A stretch of DNA of 64,000 nucleotides from Cyanobacteriota bacterium (GTDB taxonomy: Bacteria; Cyanobacteriota; Cyanobacteriia; Thermostichales; Thermostichaceae), in the NCBI GenBank assembly GCA_033764955.1, contig JANRIL010000024.1, positions 1 to 64,000 on the forward strand, given 5' to 3'. This document shows positions 41,580 through 52,054 of the stretch, piece after piece. The notes under the pieces are model-generated. The model did no database searches. It saw only the letters and a program-made list of their open reading frames with translations, and was not told where the DNA came from. The translations under genes and the position numbers were made by a program. Within the stretch, counting starts at the first letter, position 1. The number at the start of each line of letters is the position of its first letter.

Positions 41580-44135
41580 TCAAGTTTCCTGCCATTGGGG
41601 AATATCTACCCGAAAGTTTGTCCATCCCTGCTGACTGGTAACCGTGATTTCTCCCGCTAACTCTTCCACCAATCCTTTAATCAGGGAGAGTCCTAAACCT
41701 GTGCCACCCCGCTGCCAACGATCAGCTTGGGGAATACGATAAAATTTATCAAATAGCTTGGGTAAATTATTGGGATCTATCGAGGCTTGGTTGCTGACCG
41801 AAAACTGAATGCCATAGCCAGAATTACTTAAAAAGGTGCCAACCCGTAAAATAATTTGTCCAGTGGGTTCTGTATATTTGCAGGCATTATTCAGGAGTTC
41901 TTCCAAAATACGCTCTAGGGAGGCTCGATCCGTACAAAAGGGAGGTAAACTCTCCTGAATATCGCAGCGTAACTGCAACTGAGATTCTTGGGTACGAATG
42001 TGAAAGGGTTGCAGTAAATGCTCCAAAAAATCAGTGATGTTCAGGCATTCGGGAGTGATCATGTGAGCATGAGCCTCCAGGCGTTGCAGGCTGAGCAGGT
42101 CATTGATGAGGTTGGCCTCATATTTACATTGTTGTTCCAGAATTGCTAAATAACGCTGTTGTTTTTCGTTGAGGGGACTTTTCTTGAGCATCTCAATTGA
42201 CATTCGCATGGTGGCAAGGGGAGAACGCAATTCATGGGAAACAGTGCTGAGGAAGTCATCTTTCAGTTGATTGAGTTCTTCCAATTCGCGGACTTGCTGC
42301 TGACTGGCTTCAAAAAGACGGGCTTGACGGAGGGCAATCGCACATTGATTCGCCACCTGCTGAACAAGACGAATTTCTGCTTCCGAAAAAAACTCTTCTT
42401 TGGGTCGATAAACCGAGATATCGCCAGGGATCCCTTGCTCATCTTGCATCGGACAAAATAAGACAGTGAGGGGTTGTTGCCGACAATAGAGATCACAGCA
42501 ATGTACCCACTCTCCCTCTAAGAGGGGAAGAGTGTATTCGGGATAGCTATCCAAGGCATAGATGTGATGGAGGGAGGAGGGAAACGTACCATCGGTGTAT
42601 TCATGGGTGGCAATGGCTGTACCCGCTTCCACGTCGTAGAGGGCAATTTCACAACAGAAGCATTGCAGGGCATGACCCAATTCCTCAACTGCTGTTTGTA
42701 AGGATTCATTTTCGTCAAGGGAGTCGCGCACTTTGTCGGTGATGCGTTTAAGGAGGGCTTCAAAAGCTAGGGATTGTTGCAGTTGTTGGGTGCGCTGCTC
42801 CACCCGCATTTCGAGCTGATTGTTGAGGGCTTTAACCTGTTCGTAGAGGCGACTTTGTTGCAAAGTGATAGCCAGTTGATCTGCTAGCCGTTTGAGGAAC
42901 TCTTTGTCCCAGGGATCCCAACGGTGGGGAGCCGTGCAATGGTGGGCAATCAAGAGACCCCAGAGGATATTATCTTGGCGAATTGGCACTACCAGATTGG
43001 CGCGCACATCCAAACTAATTAACAATTCCATGTGGCAGGGTTGAATGCTGCTGTCGTAGATATCGTTAATGGAACTGACTCGTCCGGCTTGATAACTATG
43101 ATGCCATTCGTTTTGTAGGCAAGTATCTTGAATTTCTCGTCCCAAAATCGAAAAGATCGGGTCGCTGACGGATTCTACGATGACAGTTCCTACCCAATCT
43201 TTATCAAACTGGTAGATCAAAACCCGATCCGCCTGCAACAGTTGGCGAACCTCCGTAACGGTTGTAGTAAGAATGACTTGCAGATCGAGGGATTGACGGA
43301 TCCGCTCCACCAGGGATCCCAGGAGTTTTTCCTGCTCGGTTTGCTGCTGCAGGGCACGCTCAATTTGTTTGCGTTCCGTGATGTCTTGGACAGTGCCAAA
43401 CAAATGCTTGAGATGGCCTCGTATAGTTCCCGCTTCACCCCGAATTTCAATAAAGCGAATCTCACCGTTCGGGCGAACAATTCGACAATCGATTTGAAAG
43501 GATTCTCCGGTAGTCACATAAAGTTCGAGGGTTTGGCGTACCCGCATCTGATCGTCGGGATGATAGCGATCTAATACTTCTGGGAAGGCAGGATGATACT
43601 GCTTGGGATCCTGTCCAAAGATGCGGTATTGCTCGTCTGACCATGCCAGGGCAAGGGTCTGGGGGTCAAAACTCCAACTGCCCACATGCGCCACCTGCTG
43701 AGCCATCCGCAGATCGGCCTCTAGCTTCCAGACCTCGGTGATATCGCGGCTACAGCAGAGCAATCCCTCAAGTTCGCCCTCGCTATTGCGAAGTGCCGTT
43801 ATCAGATTTTCCCACCACTTGGGGGTGCCTTTGGCGGTCGGACAAAACCCTGTAAAGCGACCTACCCCGCCCGCTTTGGCGGCAGCGGCAGCGGCATAGG
43901 CGGCCTCTCGATCCTCCCCCTGCCACCAATCCATCCAAATAGAGCCTAAACAGGGGGCAAGATCCTCCAACTCCATGAGAATCAAACCGATATCACTCAC
44001 TGAACAAATGCGTCCCTCAAGGTCGAGCACCTTAATACAAAACGGGCTGCTTTCCAAAATACGTCGATTGAGTTCTTCGCTGCGGCGCAACGCTTCTTCC
44101 GTGGATAGGTCTCGGTTGCCACTCAGATTAAGCAT
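41580..44135 (-). CDS. PAS-PAS-GAF-GAF sensor histidine kinase, probable cyanobacteriochrome
   Basis: ADRVLIYQF, QDTCL, PCHMELL, VRANLVVPI, LWGLLIAHHC; SHELRSPL; NACKY, GGTGLGL. Confidence 0.88.
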   Translation of the reverse strand: MLNLSGNRDLSTEEALRRSEELNRRILESSPFCIKVLDLEGRICSVSDIGLILMELEDLAPCLGSIWMDWWQGEDREAAYAAAAAAKAGGVGRFTGFCPTAKGTPKWWENLITALRNSEGELEGLLCCSRDITEVWKLEADLRMAQQVAHVGSWSFDPQTLALAWSDEQYRIFGQDPKQYHPAFPEVLDRYHPDDQMRVRQTLELYVTTGESFQIDCRIVRPNGEIRFIEIRGEAGTIRGHLKHLFGTVQDITERKQIERALQQQTEQEKLLGSLVERIRQSLDLQVILTTTVTEVRQLLQADRVLIYQFDKDWVGTVIVESVSDPIFSILGREIQDTCLQNEWHHSYQAGRVSSINDIYDSSIQPCHMELLISLDVRANLVVPIRQDNILWGLLIAHHCTAPHRWDPWDKEFLKRLADQLAITLQQSRLYEQVKALNNQLEMRVEQRTQQLQQSLAFEALLKRITDKVRDSLDENESLQTAVEELGHALQCFCCEIALYDVEAGTAIATHEYTDGTFPSSLHHIYALDSYPEYTLPLLEGEWVHCCDLYCRQQPLTVLFCPMQDEQGIPGDISVYRPKEEFFSEAEIRLVQQVANQCAIALRQARLFEASQQQVRELEELNQLKDDFLSTVSHELRSPLATMRMSIEMLKKSPLNEKQQRYLAILEQQCKYEANLINDLLSLQRLEAHAHMITPECLNITDFLEHLLQPFHIRTQESQLQLRCDIQESLPPFCTDRASLERILEELLNNACKYTEPTGQIILRVGTFLSNSGYGIQFSVSNQASIDPNNLPKLFDKFYRIPQADRWQRGGTGLGLSLIKGLVEELAGEITVTSQQGWTNFRVDIPQWQET

Positions 44136-44402
44136 TCAGTTTAAGCATAGGTAAGGTTTGGCAGGCAGAAGAATGAGTGATGTCAGCAGATAACCTAGCA
44201 GTATCTTAATTCTAAGTATAATTAGAAACCTGCCTTCATAACACTTAACTTTTGATTCCAAAAGTAAAAATCGCGGCTAGGGATCCCTGCCCGTTCTAAC
44301 CTGCACAAGGGAATAGCTTGAGTCTAAACCCTCACAATTTTTGCAATTCTTAATGCCTAAAGAGGGTCATCGCCTAGCCCAGTTGCCCCACTAGCAAGAT
44401 CG

Positions 44403-44789
44403 TTAGGATGATGGATCCCGACGGATCAAACAGCGAATTTCTTGCAGCAAAATCTCAAAGCGTTGGTCAGATTCTGCCTGTCGTTGCTTGAGTTCGAGGT
44501 ATTACTGCTTAAATTGATTGAAATTAACTTGATGGTGTTCCAAGGTTTGCTGCTGACGTTCCAAGATCCCTTGGTGGCGTTGCTGCACCTCCCGCAACAT
44601 CTGGATAGCTGTGGTCACACTACTGAACCATTCCAGAATATGGATGAGATCAGCACGGGTTGCGGCGACGACCTCCTGCAAACGCTGTTGACCCTACTGC
44701 CACTCGGCTTGCCTTTCTTCAAAGTGGCTGTGCTTGTTTTCTAGGCGCAGTACGGCTTGGGTGAGGAGGGCTTCTTGTTCGGGTGTCAT
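44403..44789 (-). pseudogene. Coiled-coil hypothetical protein with two in-frame stops
   Basis: MTPEQEALLTQ...ESDQRFEILLQEIR; TAG at 44696-44694 and TAA at 44504-44502 in one frame. Confidence 0.6.
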
Positions 44790-44850
44790 CTTTCTTCTCG
44801 AAGGGAGTGGCATCCAGATTGTTTGCTCTAGCCTAGCCGGGATCCCTGGG

Positions 44851-45696
44851 CTATTTATCCCGCCCTAAGGCAAACCCACTCATAAACTGTTGTTGGAGCA
44901 AGACAAAGACAATGACCGGGGGCAAACTGGCAATGACCGCTCCCAACATCATCGGGCCATAGGATGCGGATCCATCGGAATTGATCAGGGTTTGTAGCCC
45001 AATCTGCACCACTTGCCGAGCCTGACCCTGAATGATCAAACGAGGCCAAAGATACATATTCCAGGCATAAACAAACTGGATGACTGCCAACGCCCCAATC
45101 GTATTCCAACTGAGGGGAATTAACACCTTGATCAAAAACTGGAAAGGGTTTGAGCCATCCAATTGAGCCGCTTCCGAAAGTTCGGCGGGAATGTTGGCAA
45201 AGTGTTGACGAAACAAAAAGGTTCCGGTAGCACTCGCCAAAAAGGGCACGATCAAGGCTGTATAAGTGCTTCCCCAACCCAAATCGGTGACAAAACGAAG
45301 CAGGGCAATGATCAAAATTTCGGTGGGCATCATTAAGGTGAGCAAGACCAACCCAAACACCAACCACTTGCCAGGAAAACGAAAATAAACAAAGGCTAGT
45401 CCGGCCATCAGGGATAAAATCGTCTTGCCGACCGTGATCGTCACTGCCATAAAAATACTGTTGAGCATGTAGGATCCGAGGCGACGGGATCCCATCACCA
45501 CCTGCCAATTATTGAGAAAGGCGTCACCAAAAGTAAATTGATAACTATATACTTCTGTATTGGTCTGGGTGCTGACAATGATGGCATAAAGAATGGGAAA
45601 TCCTAAAATCAGGCAGACAACCCACAGTAGCAGGTGAATAGGCCAGCGTTCCGGCCAAAGGGATCCCGTTTTCACGGCGGTGATAGATTTGGTCAT
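44851..45696 (-). CDS. Carbohydrate ABC permease (UgpE-like)
   Basis: TFLFRQHF, ELSEAAQLDG EAA loop, WNMYLWP. Confidence 0.9.
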   Translation of the reverse strand: MTKSITAVKTGSLWPERWPIHLLLWVVCLILGFPILYAIIVSTQTNTEVYSYQFTFGDAFLNNWQVVMGSRRLGSYMLNSIFMAVTITVGKTILSLMAGLAFVYFRFPGKWLVFGLVLLTLMMPTEILIIALLRFVTDLGWGSTYTALIVPFLASATGTFLFRQHFANIPAELSEAAQLDGSNPFQFLIKVLIPLSWNTIGALAVIQFVYAWNMYLWPRLIIQGQARQVVQIGLQTLINSDGSASYGPMMLGAVIASLPPVIVFVLLQQQFMSGFALGRDK

Positions 45697-45722
45697 TGCT
45701 TTTGGCCCATGGGGAGAATAGT

Positions 45723-46916
45723 TTAAGCACCATAGGTAACATTCTTTTCGGTGGTGCGGAATTGCAGGATAGTTAACCCCACCACCACGACAAATAAAAC
45801 AATCGATTGAGCAGCGGCTTTACCCAAATTACCAGAGGCTACACCTACCTCATAGATTTTATAGATCAAAACTGATGTCGAACCCAGTGGGCCACCTGCC
45901 GTCAACAAATCAATTGTGCCGAAAATATCAAAGAACGCATAAGTCAAATTCGTAACCACCAGAAAGAAAGTAATCGGCGAAAGCAGGGGAACCGTAATAT
46001 TCAAAAATCGCCGGATAGCACTGGCTCCATCCAAAGAGGCTGCTTCTTGCAAATCGTGGGGTAGGTTTTGCAACCCCGCAATATAAAACAAGACGTTGTA
46101 GCCCATCTGTTTCCAAACACTGGCAAAAATCACCACCCAGGGAGCCAAATTGGGATCACTCAACCAGTTAAACTCTACGCCAATAATTCCTTTCAAAAAA
46201 TAGTTGATAATGCCAGCAATTGGGTTAAACAAAATGAAAAAGATAATGCCGGCGACAGCGGGAGAAATGGCATAAGGCCAGATTAAAAGAGTGCGATACA
46301 GATTAGCCCCTCGAATCGGCTGATAGGCCAATATCGCAATCAGCAGGGAACTCACCAAGCCAAGCACAATAATGGCTGTTGAAATGCCAAAAGTGATGAT
46401 CACACTGTGGAGATAGCTATCATCCGTGACCAAGCCCGTAAAATTATTCAAACAAACAAACTTGCTACGGGGTGCTCCGACAAAGGTGAGCAGAGTGGAT
46501 AACCGCAGGGTATCGAGGGCGGGATAGTAGAGAAATAAAACAAGGATGACCAAGGTTGGCAACAGAAACAGCCAAGCCGCCCACCAGGATCGAAATATTC
46601 CCTGTTGTTGGATAGCAGGGATCCCTTGTTTTTTTTGCCGATCTTGCCAGATTAACCAACCAGCGGGGATGAGCGTGGCAGCCATGCCGATTATGACCAA
46701 CCCCCAGCCAAAGATTTGATCGAGAGCCGATCGCTCCGCTGCAAAAGGACAAAAACCCAGGGGAGCCATAAAGATCAAGGATCCCCCCAGTCCGGCGAGT
46801 CCCCCCAAGCTGGATCCCTGCCAAAGCGGTCGCCCCAGATATTGACCCCATAACCCCAAGAGGATGGATCCGACTATCGCCGCCACCAGAGGGATCCCGA
46901 TTTCTGCCATCGCCAT
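45723..46916 (-). CDS. Carbohydrate ABC permease (UgpA-like) with extra N-terminal TM segment
   Basis: YRTLLIWPYAISPAVAG, WKQMGYN, EAASLDGA, PLLSPITFF. Confidence 0.9.
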   Translation of the reverse strand: MAMAEIGIPLVAAIVGSILLGLWGQYLGRPLWQGSSLGGLAGLGGSLIFMAPLGFCPFAAERSALDQIFGWGLVIIGMAATLIPAGWLIWQDRQKKQGIPAIQQQGIFRSWWAAWLFLLPTLVILVLFLYYPALDTLRLSTLLTFVGAPRSKFVCLNNFTGLVTDDSYLHSVIITFGISTAIIVLGLVSSLLIAILAYQPIRGANLYRTLLIWPYAISPAVAGIIFFILFNPIAGIINYFLKGIIGVEFNWLSDPNLAPWVVIFASVWKQMGYNVLFYIAGLQNLPHDLQEAASLDGASAIRRFLNITVPLLSPITFFLVVTNLTYAFFDIFGTIDLLTAGGPLGSTSVLIYKIYEVGVASGNLGKAAAQSIVLFVVVVGLTILQFRTTEKNVTYGA

Positions 46917-47059
46917 AGGTCTGTTGTGGTTAACTATCTTCTATAAAGGTTCTGGAGAATTGCAGATTTGCCTCGCCTGTTGGGATCCAACCAAGTCAGA
47001 AGGAGCGAAGCTCACTTGCCTCACCCCTTCTTTAGAATCCTACAGAATCAGCGAGAGGA

Positions 47060-48421
47060 TTATTGATAGAGAGAGTTATACTCCTCCAGCAACTGGTTAG
47101 CCTCGGTGTTGGCATTCGCCATCGCTGCCGCCGGATCACCCCCCTTTAGCATCAACTCTTCCATCGTCTGGGTGACAATATCACGGGTTTGGGGAAAGCT
47201 ACCCAAGAGGGCACCACTGGTGGCTACTGTAACGGTGCTGTTGTTGATCTGGTCACTGGCAGTGTAGAAGTTGGGATTTTCCTTAAACCAGCCTTCCTTC
47301 TCTAGCAATTCCACAGAGCTTTCGCGGATCGGCAGATATCCAGTGAATTGATGCCATTCCGCCGCATTCTCGGTGTTGTTGAGCCACAACATCCAGGTGA
47401 GTGCCCCTTCCTCGACTTTCGGATCGAGATCATTAACCAACCAGAGGCTAGCCCCCCCGATCAAATTTCCTTTCCAGCCGGTTTCAGCGTTGTAGGGCAT
47501 CCGCGAGGTAACCAGCTCAATGTTGTTCTCTTTAGCGGCATTGGTGATGTTAGCAGCATCGGCGCTACTGGTGATCACCATCGCTACCGTACCCGTTTGG
47601 ATGCCAAGTTCCGTGGCTTCCCAATCCCGTTGCTTGCCACTATAGAGGTAGTAACCTTTGTCCTCCATGCTCTGCCACCAACTGGCAACGGCTACCGAAG
47701 GAGAAGAATCCAGTAATAATTCACTGGCGCGACTTTTCCGTCCATTATCGTTGTTGGCCAAGGGAGCATCCTGTTGAGCCATCCACTGCTCGTAAAACCA
47801 ACCATGATTCGGCCAGGTCACACAGCCTTTTGGTTTGTTAGGCAGAGCCATAATTTTTTCACAGGCGGCTTCTAGTTCCTGCCAGGTGGCGGGGGGCTTT
47901 TCGATGCCTGCTTCTTTAAGGATGGCGGTGTTGGAGTAGAGGATGGGGGAAGAACTGTTCCAGGGCATGGAGGTAAACTTCCCTTCCACGGTGTAATAGT
48001 TCACCACGGGTTGCACAAAGTCGTCAAAGTTGACCGGAACGCCGTTAAATTCGGTTTTGTCCCCCAAGGCATCCGCAATCGACTTAAAGTAGCCAAAGTC
48101 ACGGGCTCGTTGGGTTCCCACTTCAAACCACTGCACGACGGCAGGGGCGCTATTTTGTTGGATGGCTAGATCCGTAGCTTTTTGGATTTCTTCGTAGTTG
48201 GCGTAGCCTTCCACGCTCACCTTAAATTGGGGAAATTGACTGTTAAAGGCTTCGGCCTTTTCTTTCGTCCAGTCCAAACGGTTATCGGTAAAAGCAATCC
48301 AAACCTTCACCTCAGCAGGATCCTGGGCAAAGCTAGGAATACTGCCGATCTTGAAAACGGCGACGCTGGTCAATAGGCTGGCGGCAGCTAACAAAAAACG
48401 ACGATTGATCACGCTGACCAT
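47060..48421 (-). CDS. ABC substrate-binding protein (UgpB-like, glycerol-3-phosphate/sugar)
   Basis: Signal peptide, FEVGT, SMPWNSSSPILY, IGGASLW, WHQFTGYLP. Confidence 0.85.
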   Translation of the reverse strand: MVSVINRRFLLAAASLLTSVAVFKIGSIPSFAQDPAEVKVWIAFTDNRLDWTKEKAEAFNSQFPQFKVSVEGYANYEEIQKATDLAIQQNSAPAVVQWFEVGTQRARDFGYFKSIADALGDKTEFNGVPVNFDDFVQPVVNYYTVEGKFTSMPWNSSSPILYSNTAILKEAGIEKPPATWQELEAACEKIMALPNKPKGCVTWPNHGWFYEQWMAQQDAPLANNDNGRKSRASELLLDSSPSVAVASWWQSMEDKGYYLYSGKQRDWEATELGIQTGTVAMVITSSADAANITNAAKENNIELVTSRMPYNAETGWKGNLIGGASLWLVNDLDPKVEEGALTWMLWLNNTENAAEWHQFTGYLPIRESSVELLEKEGWFKENPNFYTASDQINNSTVTVATSGALLGSFPQTRDIVTQTMEELMLKGGDPAAAMANANTEANQLLEEYNSLYQ

Positions 48422-48597
48422 AAGGTTAGTGAGTATTTTGTACAGCTACAGACAATACACTGCTCACGTTAAGGAAGGATTATCCTTCGTCAGCTCCTTA
48501 AAAAATCTAGGGCAAGATAAGCTAGTCACCCTAAATTGGCAGCAATGTCAAGAGGATTGCCTGCGTTTTTTAGGTTACATAACCGGTTCGCCAAGCT

Positions 48598-49428
48598 ATG
48601 GATTTATCGGCTCTCTCCCCTCAGCAAGTCGTCACTTACCTGGAGCGTCTCGGCTATCAGGGATCCCTGCATCCCACGCCGGAAACCCTCCGCCGACTGC
48701 AAAACTCTCATTTGTTGGCGGTGCCTTTTGAAAACTTAGATATTCATATAGGGCGAGCCATTTCCATTGAACCCCAACATCTGTTTCATAAGATTGTTCT
48801 CCAACGACGGGGGGGGTTTTGTTACGAACTCAATGGTTTATTGGCGGAGCTGTTGATGGCTTTAGGATTTCAAGTGGATCGCTTATCGGCACAGGTGAAT
48901 CGACCGGATGGTCGTTTAGGACCTGCGTTTGATCATTTGGTTTTATTGGTGCATTTGGAACACCCTTGGTTAGTGGATGTGGGCTTTGGCGATTCCTTTC
49001 GGGATCCCCTGCGATTGGTAGCCGATTGTCCTCAATCTTCCTATCGCCTAACCTGCCAACACAACCACTGGCGGGTGGAACAATCCCAGCCAAATGGGGA
49101 CTGGAAATCTCAGTTTGTGTTTGATTTGGATCCCCACCCGTTGTCGGATTTTGCGGCCATGTGTCAGTTCCATCAAACCTCGCCAGAATCCTTATTTCCG
49201 AAAATGCCTTTGTGTTCCATTGCGACTCCCACTGGGCGTGTAACCCTCAGCAAACAAAAACTGATCATGACCCTAGATTCAACTAATCGAACCGAAAAAG
49301 GCTCCGAGAAAAAAGTGATGACCCTCACGCGATCTGACTACGCCACCGCGTTAGCAACCTATTTTGGTGTGAAATTAGCTGATCGAGAGGTGGAGCGATT
49401 ATGGGGATCCCTGATGGTCACTTCTTAG
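48598..49428 (+). CDS. Arylamine N-acetyltransferase
   Basis: VPFENLD, RRGGFCYELN, DH, VDVGFG catalytic triad motifs. Confidence 0.93.
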   Translation: MDLSALSPQQVVTYLERLGYQGSLHPTPETLRRLQNSHLLAVPFENLDIHIGRAISIEPQHLFHKIVLQRRGGFCYELNGLLAELLMALGFQVDRLSAQVNRPDGRLGPAFDHLVLLVHLEHPWLVDVGFGDSFRDPLRLVADCPQSSYRLTCQHNHWRVEQSQPNGDWKSQFVFDLDPHPLSDFAAMCQFHQTSPESLFPKMPLCSIATPTGRVTLSKQKLIMTLDSTNRTEKGSEKKVMTLTRSDYATALATYFGVKLADREVERLWGSLMVTS

Positions 49429-49438
49429 AAACAGTTCC

Positions 49439-50392
49439 TTAAATCAGGCAGTCACGATTGAATTGATCCAAAAACTTGAGTTGATGATAGAGCATCTGAA
49501 TATGGGTCAGGTCAACCCCTTGAGACTGGGCTGAGCGCCAGGGATGGCCAATAATAGCTTCGATTTCCAGAGGTCGTCGCTGTTCATAATCAATTTTCAT
49601 GCTGGTGCGGTAAGGTTTCATTTTTTCAGTCTTTTCTATCATTTCTTGCAGAAATTCATCGGCAATAGTTCTTCCCCAAGCCGCTGCTCCCACTACTACT
49701 TCCTGCATCAGCTTTTTGATCAAATAGCGGGCATCCTCACTGCTCATCATTTGGTCAGTCGTAGCATTAAAGATAACAGATAACCCATTAAAGGGAATGT
49801 TCCAAACCAGCTTTTGCCAGCGAGAGAGTACCCAATCTTCCCCTAGCTGCACAGGGATCCCAGATTCCTGAAAGTCAGACTGAATAGCCAACATCCCCTG
49901 AGTAATACCTTTTACTTGATAATTATCACCATACTCAGCCAAATGAACGGAGCCATAATCGAGATGGTGAATATGACCTGGACCAATTTTATTAGAACTC
50001 ACAAAGCATAGCCCTGCTATCACCCGTTTCGGACCGATAATCTTAGCCACCCATTCCTCTCCGCCCAGACCATTTTGTAAGAGAAGGACAATTCCATCAG
50101 GTTTTAATAAAGGAGGCAACAGCTCCGTTAATAAATGATTTTGTAGGGTTTTGATGGCAACGATCACGACATCACAAGCGGGCATTTGTGAAACCTGTGG
50201 ATAGGCTTGCACCTGAGGCAGATAAAAATCCCCCTGCCATGAGTCAATTCTTAAGCCGTGGTTTACAACATGGGCATAGTCTTGATGAAATAAAAAATGG
50301 ACAGGAAAGCCCGCTCGTTGCAGTTGCCCTCCATACAAGCCTCCTACGGCTCCCGCTCCCACAACAGCATAAGATCGTTCCCTGCTGGTCAT
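49439..50392 (-). CDS. panE: 2-dehydropantoate 2-reductase (ketopantoate reductase family)
   Basis: GAGAVGG, LQNGLG, WQKLVWN, TSMKID, LEIE. Confidence 0.85.
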   Translation of the reverse strand: MTSRERSYAVVGAGAVGGLYGGQLQRAGFPVHFLFHQDYAHVVNHGLRIDSWQGDFYLPQVQAYPQVSQMPACDVVIVAIKTLQNHLLTELLPPLLKPDGIVLLLQNGLGGEEWVAKIIGPKRVIAGLCFVSSNKIGPGHIHHLDYGSVHLAEYGDNYQVKGITQGMLAIQSDFQESGIPVQLGEDWVLSRWQKLVWNIPFNGLSVIFNATTDQMMSSEDARYLIKKLMQEVVVGAAAWGRTIADEFLQEMIEKTEKMKPYRTSMKIDYEQRRPLEIEAIIGHPWRSAQSQGVDLTHIQMLYHQLKFLDQFNRDCLI

Positions 50393-50549
50393 CCCCCGAT
50401 CTCCCCTAACGATCTAGCTTTGCCCCAGTCAACCCTGGAAAGGAACCTTCTTGGCGAAGTTATTAGTTGCCCCAGCATCATGGACATTAAAATAACAACT
50501 GACAACATTAGCTACCAATAACTTAAAATCTTCCACCAACATTCATCAA

Positions 50550-50636
50550 CGGAGAGAGAGGGATTTGAACCCTCGATGACGTTGCCGCCATAGCAGTTTT
50601 CGAGACTGCCGCATTCAACCACTCTGCCATCTCTCC
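50550..50636 (-). tRNA. tRNA-Ser(CGA)
   Basis: GGAGAGA acceptor stem, GCAGT-CT-CGA-AA-ACTGC anticodon arm, long variable arm, GGTTCAAATCC; CCA not encoded. Confidence 0.96.
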
Positions 50637-50700
50637 AGCAGGGTCTAGGTAAACCATTCTGACACTGAAGCCCACCGCGAGCAAGGGATCCCTCTCCCCT

Positions 50701-51552
50701 TCAAATCCCCAGCCCATCCCGCAACAACCAAAATCCGCTAAACGATCTGGCCTGTAGATCGGTCTGAATCGCCAAAAAGTGGATCCCGTACACCTGCTTT
50801 TTCTGGGCTTCAAATGCCTCTCCTTCCTGCTGCAAGCTAGCGCTATTCAAGCGGGCTACTCGATAGCAGTCACTTTGCCCGACCTCCAAAACAAGGCTGG
50901 CCTCGGTTGGGGCTAACCGCAAATAGGCAGGTTCCAACCCACTCATCCAAGCGGCTAAGGGCAAAGCGCGCCGTGAGATGATGACCAATCCAGGCACAAC
51001 AACCTCATCGGCTAAGGGCAAATTCGCCAGAGAAAAGCTCTCACCAAAATCCCTTGTCCACAACTCTGCGCTTGCCAGATCCGACACCGTCATGGATACC
51101 AGTGCCCAGCGTTCCCCCAGCACCTTATCCGGCAGAGGGCTGGGATCCGCAGGTTCTGCCTCACTATCCTCCAGATCGAGGGGATCATAACGATAGGCTG
51201 ACTCCTGCAGATAAACCTGCTCGACTCGCTGTCGCATCCATTCTGCCAACGCATAAACACGGCGACTGGGTAGGAGCGGAATACCAACCAGATCACAGCC
51301 TCGCTGTAGGATAGAAGTCATTCGCCCCCGAAACACGCGAATCGCGCTGGGGGTCATCCCCCTAGCCTCGATCAACTCCTTGAGGCGTTCTCCTACCCAG
51401 CTACTATTCACCTGCTGGTTGCTGCCATAAAAAGCCTGACGGAGGGATCCGGATGAATCGCAGACCAACAACTGCCAAACCCGCTTGTCTTGGTCATCCC
51501 GGAGGGGAGTAACCCAAAAGTCCATTTGCCAAATCGTTTCGGAATGCCCCAT
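50701..51552 (-). CDS. Tab2/Atab2-family RNA-binding protein (DUF1092)
   Basis: IWQMDF, VNSSW, PSRRVYAL, LAAWMSGLEP, GIHFLAIQ, FSGFWLL. Confidence 0.88.
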   Translation of the reverse strand: MGHSETIWQMDFWVTPLRDDQDKRVWQLLVCDSSGSLRQAFYGSNQQVNSSWVGERLKELIEARGMTPSAIRVFRGRMTSILQRGCDLVGIPLLPSRRVYALAEWMRQRVEQVYLQESAYRYDPLDLEDSEAEPADPSPLPDKVLGERWALVSMTVSDLASAELWTRDFGESFSLANLPLADEVVVPGLVIISRRALPLAAWMSGLEPAYLRLAPTEASLVLEVGQSDCYRVARLNSASLQQEGEAFEAQKKQVYGIHFLAIQTDLQARSFSGFWLLRDGLGI

Positions 51553-51986
51553 TAGCCCTGCGGATCCCCCACCAACGCCAGAGAGTGCTCACCAAAGATA
51601 GCCTCTTGATGCCGATAAAACTTAAACTCCAGCAGATTAAAGAAGGGATCCTGAAGAAAGAAGGTGGCATGCTCTAGGGGAAGATCCGCAAAGCGCCAGC
51701 GTGGTTCCTGGTAAAAAGTTAGGTGATGAGCCTGGGCACGATCACAGAGGTTCTGCCACGCCTGCTGGCTAGGCAAGATCAAGCCAAAGTGACGAGGATA
51801 AATCCCCCGTTGGGGAGTTAGCGGTTCATGGGTGAGATGAGCCACCAGTTGATGTCCCGCCAGGTTCAAAATCACAGAGGTAGGAGTTTCCCGTCCGACC
51901 CCACAGCCTAAACCTTCCGCATAAAACGCTTTGGTTTGGGCAATATCATGCACCGGAAAGGCGAGATGAAAGCAAACGGTATCCAT
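51552..51986 (-). CDS. VOC/glyoxalase-family protein
   Basis: FHLAFPV, GHQLVAH, PRHFG, DPFFNLLEFK. Confidence 0.9.
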   Translation of the reverse strand: MDTVCFHLAFPVHDIAQTKAFYAEGLGCGVGRETPTSVILNLAGHQLVAHLTHEPLTPQRGIYPRHFGLILPSQQAWQNLCDRAQAHHLTFYQEPRWRFADLPLEHATFFLQDPFFNLLEFKFYRHQEAIFGEHSLALVGDPQG

Positions 51987-52054
51987 AAAATCGCAGGGAT
52001 CCCTTAGAGAGGCTATTTATCCTACCAGGGTAGACAAGAAGGATTCAAACCTGA

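Noticed and set aside
44442..44744. Plus-strand 100-aa Leu-rich ORF
   Set aside because: Antisense shadow of the Q-rich pseudogene
50550..50636. tRNA-Ser as an island integration site
   Set aside because: No duplicated 3' end or integrase seen nearby; flanking genes look like backbone
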